Shown: positions 20,938 through 30,466 of the stretch, piece by piece | Position numbering within the stretch: position 1 is the first letter of the stretch | Layout: every line of letters starts with the position of its first letter | Notes under the pieces: generated by a model | What the model was told of the DNA's origin: nothing | What the model saw: the letters and a program-made list of their open reading frames with translations, nothing else | Databases searched by the model: none | Source of the DNA: an uncultured candidate division Zixibacteria bacterium | GTDB lineage: Bacteria > Zixibacteria > MSB-5A5 > UBA10806 > 4484-95 | Reading direction: 5' to 3' | Assembly (NCBI GenBank): GCA_963668625.2 | Contig: CAXXKA010000001.1 | Span: 128,001 to 192,000, forward strand | DNA: 64,000 nucleotides | Program-made: the position numbers and the translations under genes

Positions 20938-22368
20938 GTGGCAGAAAAATTAACTAAAAAAGAGAGAATGGCAATTCCCCGGCAAGCGATGCCGGAGCAG
21001 GAACCAGATGTTCGTAAGGCTAATTTCAAGGAAGTTCCCCGTGGATTATCCGAGGAACAGGCGTTAATAGAGGCCTCCAGATGTCTCGAGTGCAAAAAGA
21101 AACCGTGTATTGATGGTTGCCCGGTCGAGGTGGATATTCCGGCTTTTATCGATCTGATAATGCAGAAAGATTACGCGGCCGCCGCCAGAAAGATCAAAGA
21201 GACCAACTCGTTACCGGCTGTTTGTGGCAGAGTATGCCCGCAGGAGGAGCAGTGCGAGAGCACCTGTATCTTGAGCAAGAGCAAAAATAACAGGCCGGTG
21301 GCTATCGGCTATCTCGAAAGATTCGTGGCCGACTACGAGCGTGAGCATAAATTAACTCAATTGCCGAAAATCGCTCCGCCGACAGGCCGCAAGGTCGCTA
21401 TTATCGGCTCGGGGCCCTCGGGTTTGACTGTTGCCGGTGATTTGATTAAGCTGGGTCACGAGGTGACAATATTCGAAGCTCTGCATAAACCCGGCGGTGT
21501 ACTGGTTTATGGTATCCCCGAATTCAGGCTACCGAAGAAGATAGTGCAGTCCGAATGTGATTTTATGGCTGACATGGGTGTGAAATTCCAGAATTCGGTC
21601 GTGGTGGGCAAAACCGACACTATCGATGAACTGTTCGAGGAGGGTTATGATGCCGTGTTTATCGGCACCGGCGCCGGCCTGCCGAGATTCATGAACATAC
21701 CCGGTGAGAACCTTATCGGAATTTACTCCTCCAACGAGTATCTCACCCGTTCGAATCTCATGCGCGCATTCGATTTCCCCACATACGACACGCCGATTAT
21801 CAAAGGTAATAACGTGGCCGTAATCGGCGGCGGTAATACCGCTATGGACTCTGTCAGAACTTCATTGAGGTTAGGCGCGGATAATGCTTATATCATATAT
21901 CGTAGGAGCGAACAAGAGATGCCGGCTCGTATCGAGGAGATACATCACGCCAAACAGGAGGGAGTCGAGTTCCGCCTGTTGACCACGCCGATCCGCTATA
22001 TCGGCGATGACGACGGCAAAGTGAAAGCCATGGAATGCCTGAAGATGGAGCTGGGTGAGCCGGATGCCTCCGGTCGTAGACGTCCCGTACCGATTCAGGG
22101 GTCGGAGTATATCATCGATATTGATCTGGTTGTCGTAGCTATTGGTAACTCCTCCAACCCGTTGGTACAGTCGACTACTCCGGGACTGGATACCAACAAG
22201 TGGGGGAATATCGTTGTTAATGAGGAGACTATGCAAACCTCGCGTAAGGGAGTATATGCCGGAGGTGATATCGTAACCGGTGGCGCTACGGTAATCTTAG
22301 CCGCCGGCGCCGGTAAAGCAGCGGCTCGCGCGATGCATAAATATCTCATGGAAGAAGTTAAGAAATAG
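20938..22368 (+). CDS. nfnB: NfnB/SudA-type large subunit (GltD-like Fe-S flavoprotein)
   Basis: RCLEC..PCIDGCP, CGRVCPQEEQCE, GSGPSG, GGGNTAMD; adjacent to nfnA with no gltB. Confidence 0.85.
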   Translation: MAEKLTKKERMAIPRQAMPEQEPDVRKANFKEVPRGLSEEQALIEASRCLECKKKPCIDGCPVEVDIPAFIDLIMQKDYAAAARKIKETNSLPAVCGRVCPQEEQCESTCILSKSKNNRPVAIGYLERFVADYEREHKLTQLPKIAPPTGRKVAIIGSGPSGLTVAGDLIKLGHEVTIFEALHKPGGVLVYGIPEFRLPKKIVQSECDFMADMGVKFQNSVVVGKTDTIDELFEEGYDAVFIGTGAGLPRFMNIPGENLIGIYSSNEYLTRSNLMRAFDFPTYDTPIIKGNNVAVIGGGNTAMDSVRTSLRLGADNAYIIYRRSEQEMPARIEEIHHAKQEGVEFRLLTTPIRYIGDDDGKVKAMECLKMELGEPDASGRRRPVPIQGSEYIIDIDLVVVAIGNSSNPLVQSTTPGLDTNKWGNIVVNEETMQTSRKGVYAGGDIVTGGATVILAAGAGKAAARAMHKYLMEEVKK

Positions 22369-22400
22369 AGATTTATATTTAGCAGATGATACTTTTAATT

Positions 22401-22428
22401 GTAGGGGCGTTCGATCGAACGCCCCTAT
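22401..22428. repeat. REP-like perfect palindrome, probable bidirectional terminator
   Basis: GTAGGGGCGTTCGATCGAACGCCCCTAT between convergent genes. Confidence 0.7.
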
Positions 22429-22485
22429 CTTTATTAACTGTTTCTATATTTTTTTAATACTCGATTCAGAATCCCTCGATTTATG

Positions 22486-23346
22486 CTATCTTACGAGTGG
22501 CGAGAAATACTTCTTTTCGGAACACCTTAAAATTTTATTCGCGGCCGCGACGGCAGTTGTTGCGGTAAACCAGGCCGTATACTCTGTTCCGCATGAGGAT
22601 GTATCGCCGTTATCCGGACCTACCCACATCCAGTAAGTTCCCGCTTGCACTTGAGCTTCCAGAGTTAAAGTATCATAGGCAACAGAGAAAGTATCAATAA
22701 GGGCAAGACTATCAGCACATCCATCTCTGCCATCTATAATAAATAGCAAGGGATTGAACTCGGCGTAAACTGTCCATGTCAATACCTCATCTCCTGTAGC
22801 CTCGTACTCGTACCAATCCGTATCGCGATAATTTAGGGTATCCTGAAACATGTAATGACCGGATTTGCCATGGATTTCCACATCGTTATTAATAGCCTGA
22901 AAAACTTCCGGCGTAGAGTTGCAGCCGCCGTTATAGGAGTCATCATAATCATCGTAACAATCAGGTTCGCCCTCGACAATAAAAGCTAATTCGAAATTAG
23001 CTGTCAGGGTGATATCGTTACGCCCGAAATAAAGCTCGATTTCATCCAGGTACTCGGAGCCCGATTCGAATACGATATCATCGCTCTCCCAGTAAGCGAA
23101 TTCGTAGCCCTCGGATGGTATGGCCGAAAGATATATGGTATCGTCAGGAATATAACAATCATCTATGGGATCGATTTCAACCGTACCCTGACCGATAACA
23201 TCGACATCTAATTCCAGGCATATCGGATTAGATGAACTATCGCTGTTGCAACCGATAGAAACGAAAAAGCCCACGAGAATAGCAGGGAATACGAATTTTG
23301 CGAAATTAAAATGCAATTTTCCTCCTCCTTTTGATTTTAATAACAT
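22486..23346 (-). CDS. Acidic lipoprotein with InlB-B-like repeat domain
   Basis: Lipobox SIGC; GQGTVEIDP...LSAIPSEGYEFAYWE...LTANF. Confidence 0.7.
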   Translation of the reverse strand: MLLKSKGGGKLHFNFAKFVFPAILVGFFVSIGCNSDSSSNPICLELDVDVIGQGTVEIDPIDDCYIPDDTIYLSAIPSEGYEFAYWESDDIVFESGSEYLDEIELYFGRNDITLTANFELAFIVEGEPDCYDDYDDSYNGGCNSTPEVFQAINNDVEIHGKSGHYMFQDTLNYRDTDWYEYEATGDEVLTWTVYAEFNPLLFIIDGRDGCADSLALIDTFSVAYDTLTLEAQVQAGTYWMWVGPDNGDTSSCGTEYTAWFTATTAVAAANKILRCSEKKYFSPLVR

Positions 23347-23540
23347 TATCGGGAAAATGTTAGGTTAATATTAATCGAAAGTTGCTGCAGAACGCAAATG
23401 ACTTTTTTCATTTTATTATTGATGCTTTCAGCATTATTCATTATATTATATGCAGTTGCTTCGTTTTTGCTGGAGGCATATGATATTTAGCTAGCATTCA
23501 GTAAGTTATACTTCGCAAATACATTTTTTGGAGGAGAGAA

Positions 23541-24275
23541 ATGGCAAAGCGTATTTTTTTAACTTACGGCTTGATTATTGCCGTTTTGGTTTTAATTGTT
23601 CCACTTAGCGCCCAAACCCCGGATACCTGTGATTTCATGATCTCGCTTGATTCTGCTGTTTATGAATTGGATGATTCGCTCGTGGCGCTAAATATTAGTT
23701 TCACGGGAGATTGCTACGCCGGGGGAATGCAGTATAAGATTTCCACCTCACCGGAGGGTGTGATTATTCCTTTCGATATTGACTTTACCGGTACCATCAT
23801 CGAGGGCTGGGAAGTCCTGAGATCAAACCAGAGTCCTGATTCGACCGAGCTCAAGTTTTTGGGGATAGTTAATATGCCGGGCGGTGATGATCCCGAGCCG
23901 CTGGCTCCCGGTGAGGGGCATATTGGAACGTTGTTATGTAAATACAGATGTAGTTTCGAGGAAGGGCTCGAGGTAACAGTACGAATCGATTCGGCGCTCG
24001 TGCCCGATGTCACGGGGTATAAGATTTTCCCCGCGGATAATACCAACGGCTTGATCGTTATGGGAGAGGATACCTCTATCAGGGGCGATGCTAATTGTGA
24101 TGGTATGCTTATCGGCGCGGATGTTTCGTATCTGGTAAATTATTTCAGGGCAATGTTACCCTGCCCGTGCACGTTAAAGGCCGGGGATGTCAACAACGAC
24201 GGCATGATTATTGGCAGCGATATTACCTACCTCGTAAACTATTTCCGAGGTATCAATCCGCCGCCGGATGATTGA
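23541..24275 (+). CDS. Secreted cohesin-like plus dockerin-like domain protein
   Basis: Signal peptide, beta-sandwich with PLAPGEGHIGTL, then RGDANCDG...DVSYLVNYFR...GDVNNDG...DITYLVNYFR. Confidence 0.72.
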   Translation: MAKRIFLTYGLIIAVLVLIVPLSAQTPDTCDFMISLDSAVYELDDSLVALNISFTGDCYAGGMQYKISTSPEGVIIPFDIDFTGTIIEGWEVLRSNQSPDSTELKFLGIVNMPGGDDPEPLAPGEGHIGTLLCKYRCSFEEGLEVTVRIDSALVPDVTGYKIFPADNTNGLIVMGEDTSIRGDANCDGMLIGADVSYLVNYFRAMLPCPCTLKAGDVNNDGMIIGSDITYLVNYFRGINPPPDD

Positions 24276-24329
24276 ATGATTTCAGCTATTTTCTATCAAC
24301 CTGGAAATAAAACTTATAAACGAATTACT

Positions 24330-25868
24330 CTAAACGATGACCACCAGGTATTGTAAATCACCGGCGCGCTCGATTACGAACAGTACTTTGTAACCTCGTC
24401 CTATTTTTTCGATCGTATTTTTGTAATCATTTAGATTCGCAATCTTATTGCGGTTAATTCGCCTGATAATATCGCCCTGCTGAAGCTCCCAGTTGGCAGA
24501 GACCGAATTATCCTCCCAACCTGCCACCATCACGCCCTGGTTATCTTTCAGGTTATATGTGCTGGCCAATTTCTTGGTTATGGATGCTACATGAAGACCG
24601 AAGCGATCGACTATCGAGGGGGCTTTCTCCAGCGGCAGTTCCTCGGGAACTATCTCTATACTCAGCGTATCCGAACCCCGAATGACCGCCAGATCGAGCT
24701 GTTCGCCCACTCTGGCGTAATTGATTATCTCATCCCAGTCGGACTGCTTGATTATTTCCTCGCTGTTAGCCTTGATTATAACATCACCCTGAGTAATACC
24801 GGAATTTTTTGCCGGCGAGTACTCATCAACGGAGGCGACGATAAGGCCGTTATTCACGTTCAATCCCAATCCCTGAGCAACAACCGGCGTGATACGCGCC
24901 GCCCGCAAACCAACCCAGGCTCGTATAACTTTGCCCGAGCTTATCAAATCACTGATTATCACCTTGGCGCGATTGACAGGTATGGCAAAACCGATACCCT
25001 CGGAACCCCTGCTTGAGGTAAATATGAATGAATTTATCCCGATTACATCACCTTTTGAATTAACCAGCGCTCCACCGGAATTCCCGGGGTTGATCGCAGC
25101 ATCGGTCTGGATCATGTTACGGTAAATCTGGCGTTGTCCTTCCTCGGATTTGATATCGCGATTGACCGCCGAGATCACTCCCACGGTGACAGTTGGCTTG
25201 GTATCATCGAGGAGATACCCGAATGGATTACCGATCGCGATAGCCCATTCTCCAGTCATGAGGTCATCCGAATTTCCCAGTATGGCGTAAGGGAAGTCCA
25301 CGTTGTCTGATATGATTTTCAACACTGCCAGATCGGAGGACTCATCTCCGCCGACAAGGTTTGCCTGGTACTGTTCGCCATTAGTCAGGGTTACCGTTAT
25401 TTGCTCGGCGCCTGAAACCACATGTTCGTTGGTTAGCACATAGCCCTCGGGATTTATAATTATGCCCGAGCCCAGCGAGTGAACCTGTTTTCTGTACTGA
25501 CGGGGGCCATACAGGAAGAACTCCCAGAAATCAGCTCCGAGGCCGGGGTGGTTTTGACGGTAGACTTGAGTCCAGGTTACTGAAATCGATACAACCGCAG
25601 GGCCAACTCTTTCAGCGGCAACGACTATCGCGTTTCGTCGGGATTCTAAAATACCCGTGCCATAGTAGGTTTCCTGAGCGGTCTGGTTAACAGGTAGGAT
25701 AGTAGTCGGTGATATACCGCTGTTTATATTGCCATCGCTTTTATTAGTGGCGATGCCTATGTTTTTTCCGGGATTAAATGCTTTTAACAAAAAATAGGAT
25801 GTCGCAGTACCCAGTACGGCACCTATAAGAACTAAGGCTATTACTCCGATTAACTTAGATGTTCTCAT
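24330..25868 (-). CDS. htrA: HtrA/DegP serine protease with two PDZ domains
   Basis: LTNEHV, DLAVLKI and IQTDAAINPGNSGG motifs. Confidence 0.93.
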   Translation of the reverse strand: MRTSKLIGVIALVLIGAVLGTATSYFLLKAFNPGKNIGIATNKSDGNINSGISPTTILPVNQTAQETYYGTGILESRRNAIVVAAERVGPAVVSISVTWTQVYRQNHPGLGADFWEFFLYGPRQYRKQVHSLGSGIIINPEGYVLTNEHVVSGAEQITVTLTNGEQYQANLVGGDESSDLAVLKIISDNVDFPYAILGNSDDLMTGEWAIAIGNPFGYLLDDTKPTVTVGVISAVNRDIKSEEGQRQIYRNMIQTDAAINPGNSGGALVNSKGDVIGINSFIFTSSRGSEGIGFAIPVNRAKVIISDLISSGKVIRAWVGLRAARITPVVAQGLGLNVNNGLIVASVDEYSPAKNSGITQGDVIIKANSEEIIKQSDWDEIINYARVGEQLDLAVIRGSDTLSIEIVPEELPLEKAPSIVDRFGLHVASITKKLASTYNLKDNQGVMVAGWEDNSVSANWELQQGDIIRRINRNKIANLNDYKNTIEKIGRGYKVLFVIERAGDLQYLVVIV

Positions 25869-26036
25869 AATTTCATCCTTTCTAATCTATCGGATAATTA
25901 TACTAAGAGGTAAGCGCAAAAGTTGCAATCACTATTATATGCTTATTTCAGGACTTTTATAATTGAAACAGAGCCTTAAATATGGTAGTTTTCAACTTAT
26001 ACTGGAATGTATTGGTCCTGCTCGATACCAAGCGCT

Positions 26037-26183
26037 GGGATTGTTGAAAAAGCCCTTGTTGGATGGACGAGGTGTTAGGAATCCTTTCCTGACACCTGAT
26101 TTCATGCGATATGTCGCGGGAAAGGATGAACAATGGACTTCGTCCGCCCAGCGGCGCATGAGAAAGATTTTTTCAACAACCCC
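26037..26183. mobile_element. MITE-like element, 147 bp, copy 1
   Basis: Terminal inverted repeats GGGATTGTTGAAAAA / TTTTTCAACAACCCC; flanking GCT duplication at 26034-36 and 26184-86; internal hairpins; homologous copy at about 57171-57273. Confidence 0.75.
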
Positions 26184-26232
26184 GCTGCTTGGTATCGCCG
26201 AAGGAATGGCTAAAAAATATTTTGAGGAAGAA

Positions 26233-27282
26233 ATGAGTTCTAATAAAATAAAGCTCACCGGTTATGCATCCTGTGCCGGGTGAGCGGCTAAATTTTCGCC
26301 CGAGGCGATGATCCAGGTTCTGGATCGTTTACCCAAAAGAAAATTCGATGACGTACTGGTTGGTACGGATTTTTTCGATGATGCCGGGGTGGTCAGGCTC
26401 GATGATAAAACCGGTATCGTGACAACTGTCGATTATTTCACGCCGGTTGTCGATGATCCGGCTGATTTCGGTCGAATCGCCGCCGCCAACTCGCTATCGG
26501 ATATATATGCTATGGGTGGCAAACCCATATCGGCGCTCAATATCGTCGGATTCCCGGAAAAGAATCTGTCACTGGATATATTGGGCGATATCCTCGCCGG
26601 CGGGGCGGAGGTGACTAATGCCAATGATATCCCTATCGTGGGTGGACACTCATTTAAAAGCGATGAGCCGTTTTATGGGCTTTCGGTGACCGGGCTGGTG
26701 GATATCGATAAAATGATGATAAATTCCAACTGCAGAAACGGGGATTATCTTTATCTTACCAAACCCATAGGCTCGGGGCTGATTACTACGGCATTAAAAC
26801 AGAGCAAAGCCGAACCGGAGATAGTGGAGAAGGCTATAAAGGTAATGGCCGCGTTAAACAAAGAGGCCGCCGAGGCCGCCACGGAAACCGGTGTGATCGC
26901 CGGTACGGATGTTACCGGTTATGGTTTTTTAGGCCATTTGATGGAAATGATGATAGCCTCGAACACCTCGGCTGTGGTATACTCCGATAGCGTGCCGTTA
27001 ATGGATGGTGTTCACGAACTCGCCGAGCTTCAGACATTTCCTGGCGGAACGGGCGCGAATCTTCTATATGTGGATAAGCAGGCTGTCTGGGATGAGCGAC
27101 TTTCTCTGAATGAGAAAAGGCTTCTGTGTGACGCTCAGACCTCGGGAGGATTAATCCTGGTTGTTAATCCCGGTAAAGCGGATAAACTCGAGAATGAAAT
27201 GAAAAAACGTAATGTAATGGTTGCCCGGGTGGGCAAAGTGATAAAGCGGGAAGAATGGTTGCTAAAGATCAACAAAAATTAA
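26233..27282 (+). CDS. selD: Selenophosphate synthetase, selenocysteine-containing (UGA at codon 17)
   Basis: MSSNKIKLTGYASCAG-UGA-AAK continues in frame into DDAGV, TVDYFTPVVDDP, ANSLSDIYAMGG and DAQTSGGL; GAGGA RBS upstream. Confidence 0.95.
26307..26329 (+). promoter_or_regulatory. Candidate bacterial SECIS hairpin
   Basis: ATGATCCAG-GTT-CTGGATCGT, a 9-bp stem with a G-led apical loop about 33 nt after the UGA at 26281. Confidence 0.75.
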
Positions 27283-28613
27283 GCAAGATACCCTCGGTAA
27301 ATAAGATTCTGGAAAGGGATGATATTCGGGCTTTGATGCCGGAATGGTCGTTTGCCTATGTCTCGTTCGAGACTAAGAAAAAAGTCGGGGAGGCGCGAAA
27401 GCTGGCGCAGAGCAAAGGCGAGATATTATCCGAAAAACGGATCGCCGAGAAAGTAGTCGAAGCGTTCGATTACAAACGTACGACCTTAATCAAACCCGTG
27501 ATAAACGCCACCGGCGTAGCTCTTCACACCAATTTAGGCCGTGCTCCGATGAGTAGTGACTTGATAGAGCAAGTTACTAAAAACTGTGTATCGTATTGTA
27601 ATTTGGAATACGATCTCGAACTCGGCAAACGATCCAAACGCGGCAGCCTTGCCGGAGAAATAGCAGCCGTGCTGACAGGATCGGAAGCGGGTGTGATTGT
27701 CAATAACAATGCCGCTGCGGTGCTGCTAACTGTCAATTGTTTCGCAAAAGATAAATATGTTCTGGTATCAAGGGGTGAGCAGATACAAATAGGCGGTGGA
27801 TTCCGTATCCCCGAGATGATCGAAGCCTCGGGTGCGATGGTTAAAGAGGTAGGTACCACCAATCGCACGGTGCTTTCCGATTACTCCCGTCATATAGGCA
27901 AAAACACCGGGCTTATCATGAAAGTCCATCGCTCGAATTTCGAGCTCTCCGGGTTCACGGAGGAAGCCACACCGGCCGAGTTGACGGTGCTGGCCAACAA
28001 GAAAAAAATTCCACTGCTGTACGATTTAGGCTCGGGCATGATAACTAATTTCGATCTGGAGGAGTTCGATAACGAACCGAGTGTCGAATATGCCGTCCGT
28101 TCGAAAGCCGATATGATCTGTTTCTCCGGGGATAAACTTCTGGGCGGACCCCAGGCCGGCATCATTGTCGGTAAGAAAAAACTTATCAGCAAGCTAAGAG
28201 CGCATCCGCTATACCGACCGTTGAGGCCGGATAAATTCACCTTGAGCGCTATCGAGCAAACGTTGCTCGCTTATCTGGCTAATCCCGCTCGTATTCAGTT
28301 AAACTCGATATTCAAACAGGGCCAGGAGCTTCTTCAGAAAAGAGCCGAGGCGATTTGCGAAAAGCTCGATCTGGAATTCGTGCAACCCGCTCGAATGAAA
28401 AGCACGGCCGGTGGCGGTTCTACACCGACTATTGACTACAACGGGCTTGGTATAGTAATAAAAGAGAATTATAAAGGTCTAGACAGTAAACTTCGTAAAC
28501 ACGATCCTCCGATCATCATCAGGATGGGGCGCAGCAAAGCGATGATAGACCTGACCACGGTCTTGCCCGATCAGGATGAGATCTTAGTAAAGGCGTTGAA
28601 AAAATGTTTGTAG
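27255..28613 (+). CDS. selA: L-seryl-tRNA(Sec) selenium transferase
   Basis: INATGVALHTNLGRAP, VNNNAAAV, IGGGFRIP and FSGDKLLGGPQAG motifs. Confidence 0.96.
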   Translation: MVAKDQQKLSKIPSVNKILERDDIRALMPEWSFAYVSFETKKKVGEARKLAQSKGEILSEKRIAEKVVEAFDYKRTTLIKPVINATGVALHTNLGRAPMSSDLIEQVTKNCVSYCNLEYDLELGKRSKRGSLAGEIAAVLTGSEAGVIVNNNAAAVLLTVNCFAKDKYVLVSRGEQIQIGGGFRIPEMIEASGAMVKEVGTTNRTVLSDYSRHIGKNTGLIMKVHRSNFELSGFTEEATPAELTVLANKKKIPLLYDLGSGMITNFDLEEFDNEPSVEYAVRSKADMICFSGDKLLGGPQAGIIVGKKKLISKLRAHPLYRPLRPDKFTLSAIEQTLLAYLANPARIQLNSIFKQGQELLQKRAEAICEKLDLEFVQPARMKSTAGGGSTPTIDYNGLGIVIKENYKGLDSKLRKHDPPIIIRMGRSKAMIDLTTVLPDQDEILVKALKKCL

Positions 28614-30463
28614 TCGGCACTGCCGGTCATATAGATCACGGAAAATCCTCACTGGTAAAATCCCTTTCGGGCATCGATCCCGATCGTTTGCCCGAGGAGA
28701 AGCTTCGCGGCCTGACAATCGATCTGGGCTTTGCCTGGTTTAACCTTCCCGGCGGCGATTCGGTTGGCGTTGTGGATGTTCCGGGGCATGAGCGTTTTAT
28801 CAAGAACATGGTTGCCGGTGTTGGCGGTATTGATGCAGTCATGTTAATAATAGCGGCAGATGACGGCTGGATGCCGCAGACCACCGAACATCTGGATATA
28901 CTTTCACTCCTCGACATTAAAACCGGTATCGTGGTTCTTACCAAAATCGATCTGGTTGACGAGGAGATTGTCGAATTGCAAAAGGATGATATCTTAAATC
29001 ATCTTAAAAGTACGTTTTTGGAGAATGCCCCGATTGTATCGTTTTCAGCTAAAGATAACTCCGGCCGCGAGGATGTGCTTTCGGCAATCGAGAAGGCGTT
29101 AAGCAAAGGCGTGGAACATCCAGTATACGGTTCGCCACGACTGTATATCGATAGAAGTTTCGTGGTGAAAGGCATGGGCACGGTGGTAACCGGTACGCTC
29201 ACCGAGGGCGAGATCATGCTGGGACAGGAACTGCAGATCAGCCCCTCGGAGATGAAAGTTCGGGTGCGCGGTTTACAAACGCACAAACGTACTATCGAAC
29301 TGGCTAAGCCCGGCAGTCGCGTAGCTGTAAATATCACGGGCGCTTCTAAAGATGATGCCCATCGTGGCTCGGCCCTGGTTCTGCCCGGACATTTCGAACC
29401 GACAAAAGCGCTAGGCGTAAAAATAAAGATGTTACCCGAGGTTAAGCATCCATTGAAAAACGCCTCTGAGGTGGTATTCCTGTTGGGGACATCGATAACT
29501 CACGCCAAACTGAAATTGTTCAAGCGTAAAACCCTGACAGCGGGCGAGGAGGATTTCGCCGTTCTTCACCTGGAGGATGAGATATGCTGCCGCATAGGCG
29601 ATAGGTTTATACTGAGACGTCTTAGCCCGCCTATTACGGTAGGCGGTGGAACGGTGATCGACTGGGATTTCGATTTAGTCAAGCAGAAAAAAGCCACGCA
29701 ATATGAGATACTGAAAGCCCGTGCCGATTTATCCGTTGAATCGATAATCAAATCCGAACTGATCAAGGATGTTAACATAAAACCGCAACGGCTGAAACTC
29801 AATAGCCGTTACTCGCTCGAACAGATTGAAAAGCAGATAGCCGGAGCTAAGGATATCGTTAAAGCCGGCGGCGCGCTAATCCAGAAAGAGCATCTCCAGA
29901 AATACCTGGAACCGACGGTCACCATGTTAGAGAAAGATCACGAAACCCGCCCCTGGGTTAAGGGTGTACCGATCGGGGAGATAGCCAAGAAATTGAAAAT
30001 ACCGGCTAAAGAGCGCGAGGAGGTAGTAGCATACCTTCAAGCCGAGGGTAATATTACGCAGGAGGGCGGCGTGTTGAGACTGAATTCGCACGAGCCGCAT
30101 CTTAGCCCCGGTCAAAAAGCTTTATCTCAGAAATTGCATGCCATACTCTCGGCCGGACCTCTAGCCTCGCCATTGAAAAAGAAATTCATCAGTGATGATC
30201 CAGCGTATGAGGTTGTCATAAATTTCCTCGTAGAAAGCGGCGAGCTGTTGGAGCTGAAAAACGGAGTGCTGTTTACCCGTAAAGATTTCGATGAAGTCAT
30301 CGATGGCCTGAAAAAATTCATAGGCGGGAAAGGTAAAGCCACCGCCTCCGAGATAAAAGATCATTTGAAAACTACCAGAAAATATATCATCCCGCTTTTA
30401 GAGGAGCTTGACACGCTCGGAATAACGATAAGGGATGGAGATTATCGTAAGCTGGGGGAATAA
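28604..30463 (+). CDS. selB: Selenocysteine-specific elongation factor
   Basis: GTAGHIDHGKS, DRLPEEK.RGLTIDLGF, DVPGHERF; C-terminal winged helix TTRKYIIPLLE. Confidence 0.96.
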   Translation: MFVVGTAGHIDHGKSSLVKSLSGIDPDRLPEEKLRGLTIDLGFAWFNLPGGDSVGVVDVPGHERFIKNMVAGVGGIDAVMLIIAADDGWMPQTTEHLDILSLLDIKTGIVVLTKIDLVDEEIVELQKDDILNHLKSTFLENAPIVSFSAKDNSGREDVLSAIEKALSKGVEHPVYGSPRLYIDRSFVVKGMGTVVTGTLTEGEIMLGQELQISPSEMKVRVRGLQTHKRTIELAKPGSRVAVNITGASKDDAHRGSALVLPGHFEPTKALGVKIKMLPEVKHPLKNASEVVFLLGTSITHAKLKLFKRKTLTAGEEDFAVLHLEDEICCRIGDRFILRRLSPPITVGGGTVIDWDFDLVKQKKATQYEILKARADLSVESIIKSELIKDVNIKPQRLKLNSRYSLEQIEKQIAGAKDIVKAGGALIQKEHLQKYLEPTVTMLEKDHETRPWVKGVPIGEIAKKLKIPAKEREEVVAYLQAEGNITQEGGVLRLNSHEPHLSPGQKALSQKLHAILSAGPLASPLKKKFISDDPAYEVVINFLVESGELLELKNGVLFTRKDFDEVIDGLKKFIGGKGKATASEIKDHLKTTRKYIIPLLEELDTLGITIRDGDYRKLGE

Positions 30464-30466
30464 AAC

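Noticed and set aside
25963-26232. 90-aa N-terminal extension of SelD, and reverse ORF 25992-26258
   Set aside because: The open frames run through the MITE-like element. SelD homology and a good RBS begin at 26233.
26281-26283. selD as a nonsense pseudogene
   Set aside because: The UGA is at the catalytic Cys/Sec position, with a SECIS-like hairpin and intact selAB.
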